Shown: one piece after another, positions 25,051-38,546 of the stretch
Position numbering within the stretch: the first letter of the stretch is position 1
How the letters are laid out: each line of letters starts with the position of its first letter
Assembly: GCF_009834535.1 (NCBI RefSeq)
Contig: NC_045696.1
Coordinates: 38,318,001 to 38,382,000, forward strand
Source of the DNA: Camelus ferus
Taxonomy: Eukaryota
Direction of reading: 5' to 3'
Length of the DNA: 64,000 nt
Made by a program: the position numbers and the translations under genes
The notes under the pieces: generated by a model
Seen by the model: only the letters and a program-made list of their open reading frames with translations
What the model was told of the DNA's origin: nothing
The model's database searches: none

Positions 25051-26149
25051 AAGACCTATGATTAATTAAAAAATCCTATGAAATACATATATTTCTAAGA
25101 GAGGATAAAATTATTCAGCATCTCTCTTTTCTTTCTAAATATGACACACCATGTCACCCACTGAAATTGCTATCTTTCTTGTTAACATTGCCTAGAATTT
25201 TACTCTACCTTTTAAATAAAATCAAAATCAATCATTTTATAAAGTCAGTACTTAGATATAAGGAGATATAGTAACCGTTTTTATTCTTGCTGTATTTTTC
25301 TATCATTATATCTTTTTTTTTCTTGGTTCAGTATTCCATTTGATGAAGTATATCCTTTGGTAGATGTCTTGGCAAGGTTCTATAAGTGTTTAAGATCTTT
25401 ATTTAATGGATATCTAAAAATATCTTTATTTTGCCCTCTCTTTTCAATGACTGTTTATTTGGATATAGAATACCAGATGATAATTATTTTTCCTCAACAC
25501 TCTGCAAATATTATATCCCTGTCCGTAAGAATCTATTGTTGCCAGTGACATTATTTGGGAAACTATAGGCTCCATATTTTTGGCCTTCAATTACATTATT
25601 ATGAAACTGTTATGGGTTTATTTTTTCCTGCTTCATTCACATTTGTGTTTTTAGCCTTAAAAAGTCTATGTGTATGATACTCTTCTGCTCTCTATTTTTA
25701 GAATGCCTGTGAGATAATTTGTTGGAGACTTTCAGTATTATCCTCTTTAATATGTTTTTTGAAATTTTAATCTCTGCTAATTTCCAGGTTATGAGTTTTC
25801 ACTTTTGCTGCATCTAAGAGATTACTTCATCTATTGAGTTTTTTCATTCTCACTTGTTATTGCTTCATTTCTGCCTTTGTTTCATAATTTATTTATTTAT
25901 TTTTTTATGGATGTTGTTTTATTCTTTATGGGTCTTAAAGTGAGATTCAGGTAACTTTTGAAAGAAATTAGGCCTGAATATTTATTAGCATTAGTGTTGA
26001 TGTGTACTTTGCAATTGTAACTCGTGTACTAACTTATTTTCTTTGTCTTTTTTTTTTTTAACTTGGAGAATTTATAGTTGGCACTAATGCTGCTACCTGA
26101 GGCCTTATAAAGAGTAAACTTAAGATTCCTAAAAATTTACCAAAGAATT

Positions 26150-27960
26150 CATGTTAGCATTTGTGGTTGTCAGTTCTGTTCCATGTGGTGATTCAGGGAT
26201 CCAGGACTACTTGCATTTAGTGGGCCAGCCATCTCTTAGAGCCTTGTAGTTTTCAGTGTCTAGCTCAGAAATTATAAAAAGAGATTGGAAAAGGCACATG
26301 TGTTTTTAACCAACCCAAATATGAAGAGCCATATTATTTCCTCTTGCATACCAGCAGTGAGAACTAGTTATATGGCTGTACTTAGATGCAAATAGGGGTG
26401 GGATGTTGTTAAATGTTGTTCCTAGCTCAGTAGTCACTTTCCAACAAAAATTCTTTATCATGAAGGAGGAAGCCCATTTTTTTGGTAGGTTCTTGGTTAT
26501 CTCTGCAGTATTTTGCCACTTCACCCACAAAATGTACATGCCAATCCTCATATATCTGTTAACACAAAGTTTTTTTCATCTGGTTCGAATATTTCTTCTT
26601 TTCAGCTGGTGACCTGCACATTAAATAATAAGCCACCTGTCCCTAACACAAAATACACAATGGTTGAAATAAATAGAAAACTCCCATTAAGAAAGGAGAA
26701 TGATAGGAATCACACAGCCATGAATGGTTCAGAGCAGTGATGGGCAGGCAATGTGAAGAACCTCAACAGATCTGGACACTCATTCAGTGGGATGCTCTTA
26801 TCCATTGTTCTCAATGATCCTTGGCTACACTGTGAGCTTCTTATTATCCTGATAATTTTTGAAATAGTTTTGGTGATTGAACAGCTTTCATACCTGTTCC
26901 ATGCTCATCTGTTTTGTGCGCTCAAGGATCATTTCTTAGATACAGGCTCTTTTAGACTACACTCATGAATTGTTGGCAATAAGATTTCCTAAAATTCATA
27001 GTAGTCTTTTAATCTATTTGTCAATTCTACATGCCAGAAACTACACACAAAATCCAAACCCAAAGTTCTGTCTTCGACATAATTTTCAAGTATGTTTTAT
27101 TTATTAATTTACCTACTTGCCTCAATATTCACATGCCTTTCTCAGCTTAATAGAAACTAACTTCAGGGTGTTTTAAACTATTGGGTTGGATAGATCTTAA
27201 ACATATGGCTGAGTTTTTTGTTTGTTTGTTTAACTGAGATGTGTTAACCTATCTTTGGTGCTCAGAGATACCTTTTTCTTAGTTTTGTTTCTGGTTATTG
27301 GGAAAGATATTATCTTTTCCTATCCTGAAAGCACTAAAATTCTATACTCTTCTTTTCCTTCTCCTTCCAACTTTCAACCTTTCAACTTATTGCCTGAGCT
27401 TGTTTCCTCCTGGAAGTATCTTGTTTGATGTATTAAGTAGCAGTCAACACAAATCAGCACTTGACCTGCCTTCCAAGTTATTGCAGATAAAGTTTACCAA
27501 GAATGATACTATGGTATAATATAGGTTCCCATCAGTACAGTCTTCTATTACAGTTTTAAAAATCACTTGCCCCCTGACTACTAAGAAATTGCCATGTGTG
27601 TATATATCTGTATATTCACATACACATTCAAACACATACACACACCCCCATATACACTTAAATCTTCAATTAAGGTAAGATTTAAAAGCTGAGAAGACAA
27701 AATTCCAAATTCTAGAGCCTTAATGTGTAGAAGTTCATTTTTCATTTACATTACAGTCCAAGGTGTTCCTGGTTGTTGAGGGCTTTCCTTCATACAGAAA
27801 ATAGGAGAATTATAGATTTCGCATCTGTAACTTCATTATTACATATGGCCTCGTAGTCTTCTGTATCCAATGAGAGAAAGAAAAAGAACATACAGACTGC
27901 ACATCTTCTTATAAGCCTTGGTGTAGAAGTGCCATATGCATTTTACCCATAATGGCGACA
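26150..27960 (-). mobile_element. Degraded MaLR (MLT1I/J/K-like LTR, internal sequence, probable second LTR remnant)
   Basis: GTGATTCAGGGATCCAGG...GAGAACTAGTTATATGGC...AGATGCAA LTR motifs at 26170-26510, followed by MLT-internal-like sequence and LTR-like sequence near 27700-27960. Confidence 0.5.
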
Positions 27961-30900
27961 CTTGTAAAAATTGTATAATCCAAGAGTAAAAGCTTTTACA
28001 TGTAAACTTTAATATTAAGCCACATCCAGTGTAAATAATCAGGATTTTCTTTTGATCAACAGACAAGAAGTAGACTATGTATCAATGTTCCGTTTAACTA
28101 GATATGAACTAAACTAAATATGCTAAATTAAACATTAGAATAAAAATATTTCTATAAATTTAAACCTTATTCTCATTCCATATAAATAAATAGGATTCAA
28201 CTGTTTTGAAGATGAGGTGATTATTTCCATGTAGCATCCACAGTAGCAACAGATAATTCAGGATAAACTTTACACTGGAATATAACGTGTAGTACATTGA
28301 AGATATAATGGCAGAATTTTACCAGAGAAGAAAAAGACCTCACTTTTTACTTTATAGAAATACAGTATAATAACAGAATATTGTATTTAGTAAGTCTGTA
28401 CATAATTCAAATTAAATAATATTCTAAGCATCATAACAAATATAAATAGTAAAATTATATCATACATCTTAAAATTTGGGGATAATTTTGTATTATACTA
28501 TTTTTCATTATTTAGTCAGAGCTCGCATTGGAACTACAGAGGTATGAATGTGTATCATCCTCCATATGAACAAAAATGTAGTAATTTGCGTTTTTAGGAT
28601 ATTCATATATCTAAGCTCTAGGGAAGTATATTTCAAAGGACAACATAATTCTAAGGAAAACAGGCATCAAAAGGAAGAACTTGATACAGAAAAAGGAGTG
28701 GGTGAGATAGATTTGAAGAATAGTGTATCTAATATAAATATACTTAAAATATTTATTTTGATTTAAGATATCCTGTTATCTTTTGTGAGAAAAACATTTT
28801 TATTTCATTTATAGTAACTGTTACTATGATTATTCAGAGGTGATGATAAACTTGAATACACATTATGATGATATTGGAGGGATATTATTAATATTTTTAT
28901 TCCTTTGAAATAATGACTTACAGTAAGAATTAAATAAATTACTTTTGTCCTCAATTTTGCACGTGGCCTTTTAAAGAAATAGTTCTCTGTTTTGTACTTG
29001 AACGTTTTTCCCTTTGGGCATATAACACTATACATGGAAAGTTTCAGTATTACAGGTATTTCCCCATCATTATTCTGTATAACCAGTTACCATTTTCAAT
29101 ACGAACTTAGGACAAACTATCTGTTTTTAGAATGAGTTCTAATAAATAAGGACTATGGTATTATTGAAAAACAGTAGTCTCTATTTTATGAGGAACTGTA
29201 GAGTGGTGATAAATTGAAAGGGATGGAGATTTCCAGTTGCTAGTTGCTCTATACAAGGACTATCACCATATAAAGAAGCATGCAGTACCAAAATTGATGG
29301 GAACTTTGGGAGCATAAAAACAAGCTCTGCTTTATCTTCAGCAGTGGACAAGGAAAAAGCATGATTTATTCCCATTATTTGACAGTATCAAAAGTGACTG
29401 CTATAAAAAGTCGTGAAAACCTCTTGAAAGATGCAAGCCCTGTTCCTTTTGACAAAGACAAACAACCATTGTCTTGGATAGAATTCTTTAAATAGGATCA
29501 CTTTTTTTTTTTTTTTTGTCTTTTTCTTAAAATGACTCAGATCCTCATTTTCTTGTTTTATACCGATTCTTATTTTAAATTTAACTACTACTATTCAGGA
29601 TAGTTTATATCTCACCCTACCATGGTGAAAAAGCTTATTTTCTTTCTCTCTCTGTTAACCAATTAAATATTTTAAATAAAATTAACTAGAAAACTTTTAG
29701 TTGTTAATACTTTGGAATGGCACTAAATATGGATTATGTGAGAATATTTCTAAAGATTCTCTATTAATCTACTAATTGCATTATGACCAAGAGCATCGTC
29801 TTCTGAAAGCCTAATTTTATTGGGTATTGTAGCTTGCTAAACATGAATGAATTTTCCATACATATGAAATAGTATATTTAATTATATAATTTTCAAAATT
29901 ATCCTATAAAATAAATAGCATACATTAATTAGGTAAATATTTTCTTCATGATGGTTTATAATTTTTTTCAGAAATTTTCTGGCATCTATAGAGGTGACCA
30001 TAAAATTTCTCTGTATACTTAATTGATGAAATATAATAATGTATTTCCTTAGATGACTCATATCTGATTCAATAAAGTAAAGCTATCTGGTCCTGAGGCA
30101 TTATTACTTTAATGTTGAATTGTATGTTTTCCTTAAATTTGTTAAAAATTGGCAAGAGGATGTTCTATTTAATGCTACAAGTTAAAATTTGTTTTGAATG
30201 GGATAAGGAAGAGTAGAGTAATTTGATATACACACTGTATTCTTGGATAAGAAGTTTAAATATTTGAAAGATGTAAGTGTTTATTTAGAATTATAAAGAA
30301 ATCATACTCAAGAGTCTTACTGTTTTGCTACTTTGAACTCGGCAAAAATGATTGTAAATTTTTATATGAAATGTTAAATGGAATGGCATATAGATTATTT
30401 GAAAAGAACAATAAAAGAGAAAGAACCCTGTCAGGTATTAAAATATATTTAAGGGAAAATATTTAAAATGTGTAGTATAACTCCCAAAGAGAAATATTTA
30501 TCAATGGTACTGAGTAGAAAGGAAAAAATAGATATTACATGAAATCCTTAAACCTACAATAAAATAAAGATCGCTAATTAATAGGAAGAATAGATGGATT
30601 ATTTAATACCACAGTTCTTATTTTAAAGGGATAGAGATAGGGGAGGGGAGAGCAATAATGATTTGTGTGTAGGGCCAGCAGTGTCACCTCTTACCAAGCC
30701 CCAGAGGAATTACCTTCACCATTGAAACCATCATTCTTTAGAATGTGTGCAGGTAGCCTCTGATTGTACGTTAGTTTAGGGATCTATTTGGGGGCAAGAA
30801 AAATTCCACAGAGAATTTCTTGTTGCAATAAAATGAAGCATAAGGCACAGTTATAACAAAAAGATGTTGATTTGTAGGATAAAAATTAGGATTTTCATGG

Positions 30901-31039
30901 AATTTTACAACTATGATGAAACAGTAATTTTGAAGAATAGGAGAAAAGGTGAAAGAGAAACATTATTTAAAAAAAGAAGGCATCATCCAGGTATTAAATA
31001 TGGATTTGGGTCAATCAAAGGAAAATCCTAGATTATTTT

Positions 31040-31601
31040 TGACACTGCTAAAAAAATAATCATTCTGACATTTGCTGAAGGCAGACTTAATTCAGTGGGA
31101 GTACTGCAATGGAGGTTTACAATAGTGGAGAGAAATTGAGTTCAATTCTAATTATAACAAAGAAAAGGGGAAGTTTAAAGCTAGGGATTATGGTGTGGGT
31201 CAACGGATGGAAAATTACTGAGAGGAAACATCAAGGGTAAGGGGGGATTCTGGCTAAACCATCCTGACAGGATTCTTTCTAATGGCTGAACAGGGTGATC
31301 ACATATCACTTGGGGGATTGTGGGAGATGAGGAATTGATCAGATATTTAGGGTGGGGGATTCTGTCAATCAATTTAGCAAGATTCTTGCAAAAACTGGAC
31401 TTTACAGGAATAGAGACAAAAGCTCATGGTCAGGCCTTGATGAGCAGAGGGTTCAGTGGGGGATTCTGTCAATCAATTTAGCAAGATTCTTGCAAAAACT
31501 GGACTTTACAGGAATAGAGACAAAAGCTCATGGTCAGGCCTTGATGAGCAGAGGGTTCAGAGGAGCCTGACAAAGTTTGGTCAAAGAGAGGCTCTTGGTC
31601 A
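31040..31601 (-). mobile_element. Solo ERV1 LTR (MER31/MER67-like) carrying an internal tandem duplication
   Basis: GGATGGAAAATTACTGAGAGGAAACATCAAGGGTAAGGGGGGATTCTGGCTAAACC and terminal GAGGAGCCTGACAAAGTTTGGTCAA...GGTCA; TG...CA ends. Confidence 0.7.
31352..31559. repeat. Perfect 104-bp tandem duplication
   Basis: Units 31352-31455 and 31456-31559 read as identical; also visible as twin ORF starts 104 bp apart in the ORF track. Confidence 0.96.
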
Positions 31602-31619
31602 TTATCAGGTAACACTGTG

Positions 31620-31840
31620 TAATGGGAGTTGGCAAACTCCCTGCTTGCCATTCCAGCCCATTTTCATGAGTTAAGATTTTTTAAAGCACAGCAAAGTCTG
31701 TTTATTTACGTATTGTCTATCACTGCTTTCAAGTCACAGTTGCAAAGTTGAGTAATTGCTTCAGAGACCATACGGCCCATAAACCTAAATATCTGCTATC
31801 TAGTTCTTTACAAATAGTGTTTGTAGAGCTCTTCCCTGTA
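31620..31840. mobile_element. hAT-Charlie MITE (MER58A-like)
   Basis: GGAGTTGGCAAACT start; TTTATTTACGTATTGTCTAT...CAGAGACCATACGGCCCATAAACCTAAATAT. Confidence 0.75.
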
Positions 31841-34699
31841 GACAAATTAATGTATGTCTAGGAAATATAAATAAAATGATCAAACTTGTCCTTTTGAGCC
31901 TGTTATTAGTGTGTAACATTTTTACAATTAAACAGGATAAAACTTCTAGTGGAACTGTTTCCCTCACAAGTTAGCCATCATTTTTATTCAGTCATTTACT
32001 AAGGCATCTGGGCTAAGGAATATAATTTCAAAAACATTCAATAGAGGATTTCATATTGATCTATTTTAGGAAACAGAGTTTGATTTCTATTAAAATGCAA
32101 AAGTATCTGAGAGTAAAAGATCATTTTAGTAAAAAAAAAAAGTAGTGTATGAGTGTTTTCCTTAGAGGAGTGTTAGTTCAATGCTGGCTGTTTGCTGATG
32201 AGATCTTTTCAAGGTCTCTCTTTGCTAATTATCTCATGCTGAAACATCTTGACTAGTTGCCATGCCAGGCACTGAAAATTTGTTAAAAATTGGTGAGTTA
32301 TAGTTTATATTCTTTTTATAATACACAGGAGCAAATTCAGTAAATAAAGCAAATTCAGAGAAGTAAAATTCAGATTGTCTTTTACTTAGAAATTACAAGA
32401 AAACAGATTTTTTTTGTGAACCGTAAGATTCAGTTTCCAGTACATTCTCATATTTTCTCCCTACTTGCAGATTATTTTGACCTTTTGGCAGTGGTAAATA
32501 TGTTTTTATTAAGGTATGCCATAAACTTAACGAACTTTATTGCCTTCCTATTACATCCTGAATTACAACTGAATTGCTATGAATTGCCATGATCCCTGCC
32601 ACACAATAGACACAGACCTGCACAATAATGGTGCTATTGCTTTTGTGAAGGGGTGTATATTTGCATAGAGCGCATGATTTTGTATACTTTGCTTATTATG
32701 TTATAAAACATATTTAGAATTGGCATTTTAAAAAATGTCCCCAAGTTGTTGATAATCTTGAATAAGTATCTTTTTATAAAGATATTTCTAAAATAAGCAG
32801 TATATTGTACCTGTTTAATATATAAATGAAACCCTTTATTTTTAGCTAGAATAATAGTTTCATATTGTAAAACATGTTTTGTGTAGTGCTCTAGGAGTTT
32901 TTTGGGATATATATATATATATATCTTCAGTAGTGCCCCCTTGGAAATTTACAGTTACTGTATTTTGTCATTTATTCATTTTTTGACTTCTCTTTCTTGT
33001 TGCACACTCCCCCCCTGCCACCAGCCCCTGCACCATCTCTCTTATTTATGCCCTTTGAAGAAGTCAACTTAAGCTGCATGGTGAATATTTTATCATCAAA
33101 TTCATTTATATTTGAGATTTCTTAGACTATGTACTATGTGACTAAACTTTCCTGTGGAACTGTGGTTATATTGTGCCATTCTTATTCTTATCTTTCAATA
33201 TATATAGATATTCAAGTCATTCATTATACTCAATCATAACTAAGGATTTGGAAAAATCATATGACATTTAATCTTAAAATAAATTTTCAGTATTTCATAC
33301 CGAGCATTATCATCTCCTTCCTAAGGGGTGTCAGTCTACCTCATGCTATTCACTGTTTGAATATAATTTTGCTCTTTAAATAGAAGAGCTTCTTTCACTC
33401 TTCTACCCACCTTTCATTCCTTCCTCCCTCCCTTCTTTTATTAATGGCCTGGAGTAAATACACAAAAACTTAATTGGAGGAAATGGAAAAATGATTGCTT
33501 AATGTATCTCTTCTGTTAAGACTCCTTTTTCTATGTATACCTGGCATCCTTAAGAAGAGACTCTAATCTTTGAACCATAATATTAGTGATGTTTATCGAA
33601 TTTAATGGTTTGACTGCTAAGTGGGAAAAATATCATGCAGTTCTTGTGCCTACTAATGAAACATGGAAGGAAGTCTAGCATTGCATGTGAAACATATCTT
33701 TAAATGACTATTACTTCAAAGGGACGACCAAAGTATCCAAGAATTCCTAAAGGAGATAGCAATGTTTTTTTGAGGGAATTTCCCTCAATGTGACAGCAAT
33801 GAATGTCTATTTATTTACTGTCTGGTGGCCATGAAGTAGTACTGTTCATTGAGAAATGTCTTCATTTTGCTATGACAGCTTGACTGTTTTCCCAGATGGC
33901 CAACATTTCAAAGTTTGTCTTATATATATTCATAAGAAGGATGAAAGTGTTAATTCTAATTTAAATGATGCCCAGTTCATTAGTAGATCTAATGAAGCCT
34001 CCAAGGATAAGTAAATTAAACTGAAGATTATTGAAAATAGTTTTATTATTGGAGAAAAAATAATTACTGAATCATTGGCCTTTATTGGTCAACATTTTCT
34101 CTCCCTTTCATAGAAAATTATGAGTTAAAGTTAGGAATTAAAAAGAAAGTAACATACATCAAAAGTATTGTAGAAGAAAGGCTTACTAGTTGATTGTACC
34201 TCATAGTGTAAGAAAAGTAAAAGTAATGTATGCTAAGCTGGAAAAATTAGTGTGAAGGTAAAAACATTAAATGATTTTTTCTAGTTTTATCACTAAACAG
34301 GGCCTAAACTCAGCAATTTTGATTCAAAGCCATTTCTCTGAATATCAGTGTTTTCAGCAGAATCTGTACTTCAAACGCTTCCCTCTAAACTGTTAAATAT
34401 ATTATTTTTCAGATCTCTTTTGTTTTAATAATTTGAAGTGATCTTCCCTTTTTTAACCTTCTATTCTTTTTAGATGCATAAAAAATATATTACCATCAAG
34501 AATTACTTGAGTTTTCACAGAGATAAACTCTTTGCTTTATAGAGATTATTGCCTAGTTAATATAAATATTTTAATTTCTGAAAAGTAAACTGGATGTAAA
34601 AAGTTCTAACAGAAGAGTTATTTATATTTTAGAAGATTTGCTTACTTTAGAATAAAATGTGTAAAATTTAGTTAAAAATCAGGAGATAAATATAAAACA

Positions 34700-35795
34700 T
34701 TTATAACAGCTTTATACAGTATAATGACATATAAAAACTGTACTTTACAGCATGAAACTTGCTAAATTTGGGTATATAAATATGACTGTGAAGCCATCAG
34801 CATAATCAAGATAACGAGCCTATCCATTGTCCCCAATATTTCCTCATACACCTTTATAATTTCTCTCTCCTTATCCTTCTTGCAACCAATCACCATGGCT
34901 CTATACATTAATCTCTATGCTTTAGTTCACATTTTCTAGAATTTTATATTGCAGGGATTATGTATTACAAACACATTTCTCTGCCTGGCTTCTTTAATTT
35001 CAGCATAATTATTTTACATTTATTTCTGCATTTGCATATATCAATAGTTATTACACTTTTGCTTTGTAGAACATCTTTCGGACAAACCATAAGTTGTTTA
35101 TCCATTCATTTGTTGATGGACATTTTGATTGTTTTCCATTTTTATCCCTACATATTTCGTGTCTTGATAATATTGTAAATATTGTTTCATTCATTTTAAT
35201 TTCCCACTGTTGTAAAAATACAAATAGTTTTTGTATATTGATCTCATATCTTACAACCTTCCTAAACTCGCTGATTCATTCTAGAATGTTTTTATATATT
35301 CCATAGATGATTTTAGTTCATATTTTCATGTCATCTATGAATAAGAAAGTTTGCTTCCTTTTCAAACTGGATATTTTTTATTTCCTTGTTTCACTGTCCA
35401 GATCCTTCAGAACAGTGTTGAACAGAAATAGAATGAATATTCTTGCCTTGTTCCCAATCTTGAAATGAAAGCATTCAAATTTTCACCATTAAATATGATG
35501 CTAGTTACATTCCTGGGATAAAATACCTTTTTTATGATTTAATATTTTAAAAATTTCGTATTTCTAAAAATTTTAATTGGAGTTTTTTCCATCTGTGTAT
35601 ATGAGGGCTGTTGACCTGTATTTTTCTTTACTTGTAATATCTCCTTCTGGTTTTAGAATCAAAGTATTACTGACCTCATAAAATGTATTGGATGGTATTT
35701 CCTACTTTTCAATATTTTGGAATTTTTTGTTCAAATTTGGTATTTTTTTTTAAGTGTTTAGTAGAATTCACTAGAGAAGCCATCTGTGCCTGAAC
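34700..35795 (-). mobile_element. Old L1 (L1MB/MC-like), internally deleted
   Basis: Antisense L1 3' end (ATAACAGCTTTAT...TCCATTCATTTGTTGATGGACATTT) followed by antisense RT-region pieces (TTTTCACCATTAAATATGATGCTAG, TAGAATTCACTAGAGAAGCCATCTG). Confidence 0.7.
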
Positions 35796-36069
35796 ATTGA
35801 GTTTTCCTGACACATATGTTCTGAACATCACTTAGCAAAGTTATCAGGGGGCCCTCTGCAGATCTCAGAGTATGCTGTTTTATCATCCATCTCCCCTGCA
35901 GTAATATGTGTGTAAGTATCTGTGTGTATGTATGTGGGTATGTATTACATACATGTATGTAGACATATACACAGTTACTACATTTTAATTTTTCCTAAGT
36001 GTGTGTCTATCATAATTAGTTATACACTTGTTTTAATCTGTATAATTAGAGAAGGGTGAGTACAGGTAT

Positions 36070-36500
36070 GACATTTGAATATGACTGGCAAATTGAATTA
36101 TTGGTCTCAGTTATTCACCCCTCCTTGTATTAATTCTCTTTCCCTTGTAATTTTGCCCTTCGTCCCAGTAAAGGGCAAGTGTTTTTCCTGACTCCTTGAC
36201 TTTGGCCTCAGCTATATGACTTAATTTGGCCAATAGAATAAGAACCTAAATTAGTTACCAGTTCTGAACCTACCTCTCAAGGATCCTAGCTTTGTTTTTG
36301 TTAGTTCTATTGTACCTTTGCCAGCATCATGAGAAGAGCTTCACTAGTATTTGCTGGAGGATTCTGAGCCCCTACTATAATAAGGAGCCAAGCCTAGAAA
36401 GATCCACAGACTGAAGCAGGGTTGCCCTGCCAAATCCAGGCAAGGTCAGATGACCCCAGTGAAACCCCAGAATAAATAACAGGAGATGAAAAACGTAAAT
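36070..36500 (+). mobile_element. MaLR (MLT1) LTR fragment
   Basis: CTTGACTTTGGCCTCAGCTATATGACTTAATTTGGCCAATAGAAT and CCAGCATCATGAGAAGAGC motifs. Confidence 0.6.
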
Positions 36501-37604
36501 AGAGATGAATCCACTTACAATAATAAAATATGGATAATGCATACAAAAAGTTAATAGATCTGGTCTTCATCTCCAGATGACAGGATAACACATCATGTAA
36601 TGCTGGCCAAGCTAGAAAAATAGATATTTTCTACTGCAGTTCAATTTACAAAAACATAAACTGGGACCTGCTAATACCTAAGTCTATTGGAACATGGATA
36701 ACGGGTCAAGAAAGTGTGGCATGGAGAAACAAAACTATAACCATCAATACTAACAAGGATAAAAATTTAGGAATTATTGTGTTCAGCCCATGGTGGGGGT
36801 CATAAAGTGAGAAATGTATATTCTATTATGTAGTATCATGGAATAAAAGCTCTGTGTGGTACCTAGAAGAGGTTTCACAAAAAGAGATTAACTCTGGTCC
36901 AATACAGTAATTTCTTCTAGGCATGGGGTTAAGAAGTTACTTGCGGAAGGGGATCGATGAAAGTATTAAAATCCACCTTTAGGGTTTTTAATTTTTCAAT
37001 TGTTTCATGTAATTTGAATGTAATCTCCATTGAAGGATGTACTTAAAATCATGTTAACAGAGACTTTTCTTCATTTTAATGAGTCACAAACTATTAAAAC
37101 TAGATATCCAATCTTGTGATTTCTGACTATCTATTAGAATGAAGAGACTTTCAGAGAGAATGGTCAAAGCCAGGTAACTATCACTTTTTTCTCATTAATT
37201 TATCAGCAAGTTCTTTAGGCCCTACCTTGAAAGTTTATCCCAAATCTGTTCCCTCCTGTTGGTCACTACTAACCTCCTAGATCAAATATAGACTGGAATA
37301 GCCTAACAGTTCCCTATATTAACTTTAACAATCCATTATTCCAAAAGTGGCTGGTCTTGTCTCTTATCTTCCATTGGCTTCATGTTATCTTTAAAAAAAT
37401 TTCCTAACTCATCATCATGGCCCAGTAGCCTTCCCCTGCCCCCTTGATCTAGCCCTTGCCTGCCTCTGCAACTTCATCTCCTACATTTGCCACACTTGGT
37501 GTGACTGCAGTCCTACCCACATCCCTAAGTTTTTAGAGCTCTCCAAGCACTTCCTCCTTTAGAGCTTTCACATTGTTGTTTTCTGACATAAATATCTCCT
37601 TTTC

Positions 37605-37955
37605 TGTATTAGTCTGCTAAGGCTGTCATAACAAAATACTTCAGACTTGGTGGCTTTAAACAGCAGAAATATTTTCTCATAGTTTTAGAGGCTGAAAGTC
37701 CGAAATCAGGGTGCCACCAGAGTTGGTTTCTTGTGAGGACTCTTCCTGGCTTGCAGATGGCTGCATTCTTGCTGTGTCCTCAGATGGCCCTTCCTTTGTG
37801 CATGTGCACTACTGGTGTCTCTTCCTCTTCTTATAAGGGCACCCTGCCTTTATGACCTCATTTAATCTCAATAACCTCCTTTAAGGCCCTATCTCCAAAT
37901 GCAGTCACATTGGGCTTTGTTCAGAATTCAGGGGGACACAGTTCAGTCTATAACA
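37605..37955 (-). mobile_element. Solo MaLR LTR, MLT1A-like, full length
   Basis: TGTATTAGTCTGCTAAGGCTGTCATAACAAAATAC ... GGGGGACACAGTTCAGTCTATAACA; about 350 bp with TG...CA ends. Confidence 0.85.
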
Positions 37956-38039
37956 CCTTCTCTCCCTCCCCTGTTACTTAGATCATCACATGGCTCATGA
38001 CTTTTCATTATTCTGTCTCATCTGCCATATCACTTCTTT

Positions 38040-38546
38040 TTCTGTGTATTATCATTTACATTTATTACTTAGTATATATCCATAAAAGATACATACCATT
38101 GTTTTTTAACATAAATGATCCATAAATGTATCATGATATAAACCATCACTGTATAATTCTTTTCACACCGATTTTGAGATCCATGTTACACATATGATTT
38201 CACTTCATTCATTACAGATGTGTACTGTTCAGTTGTAATTACATACAGTTTTCACGTCTGTTCCCTTTTTATTGGACATTTAGTTGGTTTCCAAATGTTA
38301 GGGACAATGCTGCAGTAAACATCCTTTTTATTTATACACACACACATGGACACACACATGCACACACACCTTCTTCCTCCTGTACATTTGCAAGTGTTCT
38401 ACATTATTTCCCAGAGTGGAGTTGAGTCAGAGATTAGGCACATTTTCAACTTCAAGTAATCTTGTCAGATTTTTCTCCAAAATAGCTGAATCAGCTAGCA
38501 CTGACCAGCAGTATGTGAACATTCCTATTTCTCTACATCCTATGCA
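38040..38546 (-). mobile_element. Old L1 (L1ME-like) 3' fragment with 13-bp flanking direct repeat
   Basis: TTGGACATTTAGTTGGTTTCCAAA...ACAATGCTGCAGTAAACATCCTT...CCAGCAGTATGTGAACATTCC; ATATCACTTCTTT at 38027-38039 and 38547-38559. Confidence 0.7.

Noticed and set aside
31352..31674. Two ORFs with identical N-termini suggesting a duplicated gene or repeat array
   Set aside because: Product of the 104-bp duplication within an LTR; only two units and no spacers, so neither a gene pair nor CRISPR-like.
35946..35961. 16-bp perfect palindrome TACATACATGTATGTA
   Set aside because: Lies in a low-complexity TG/CA/TA tract where such symmetry is expected.
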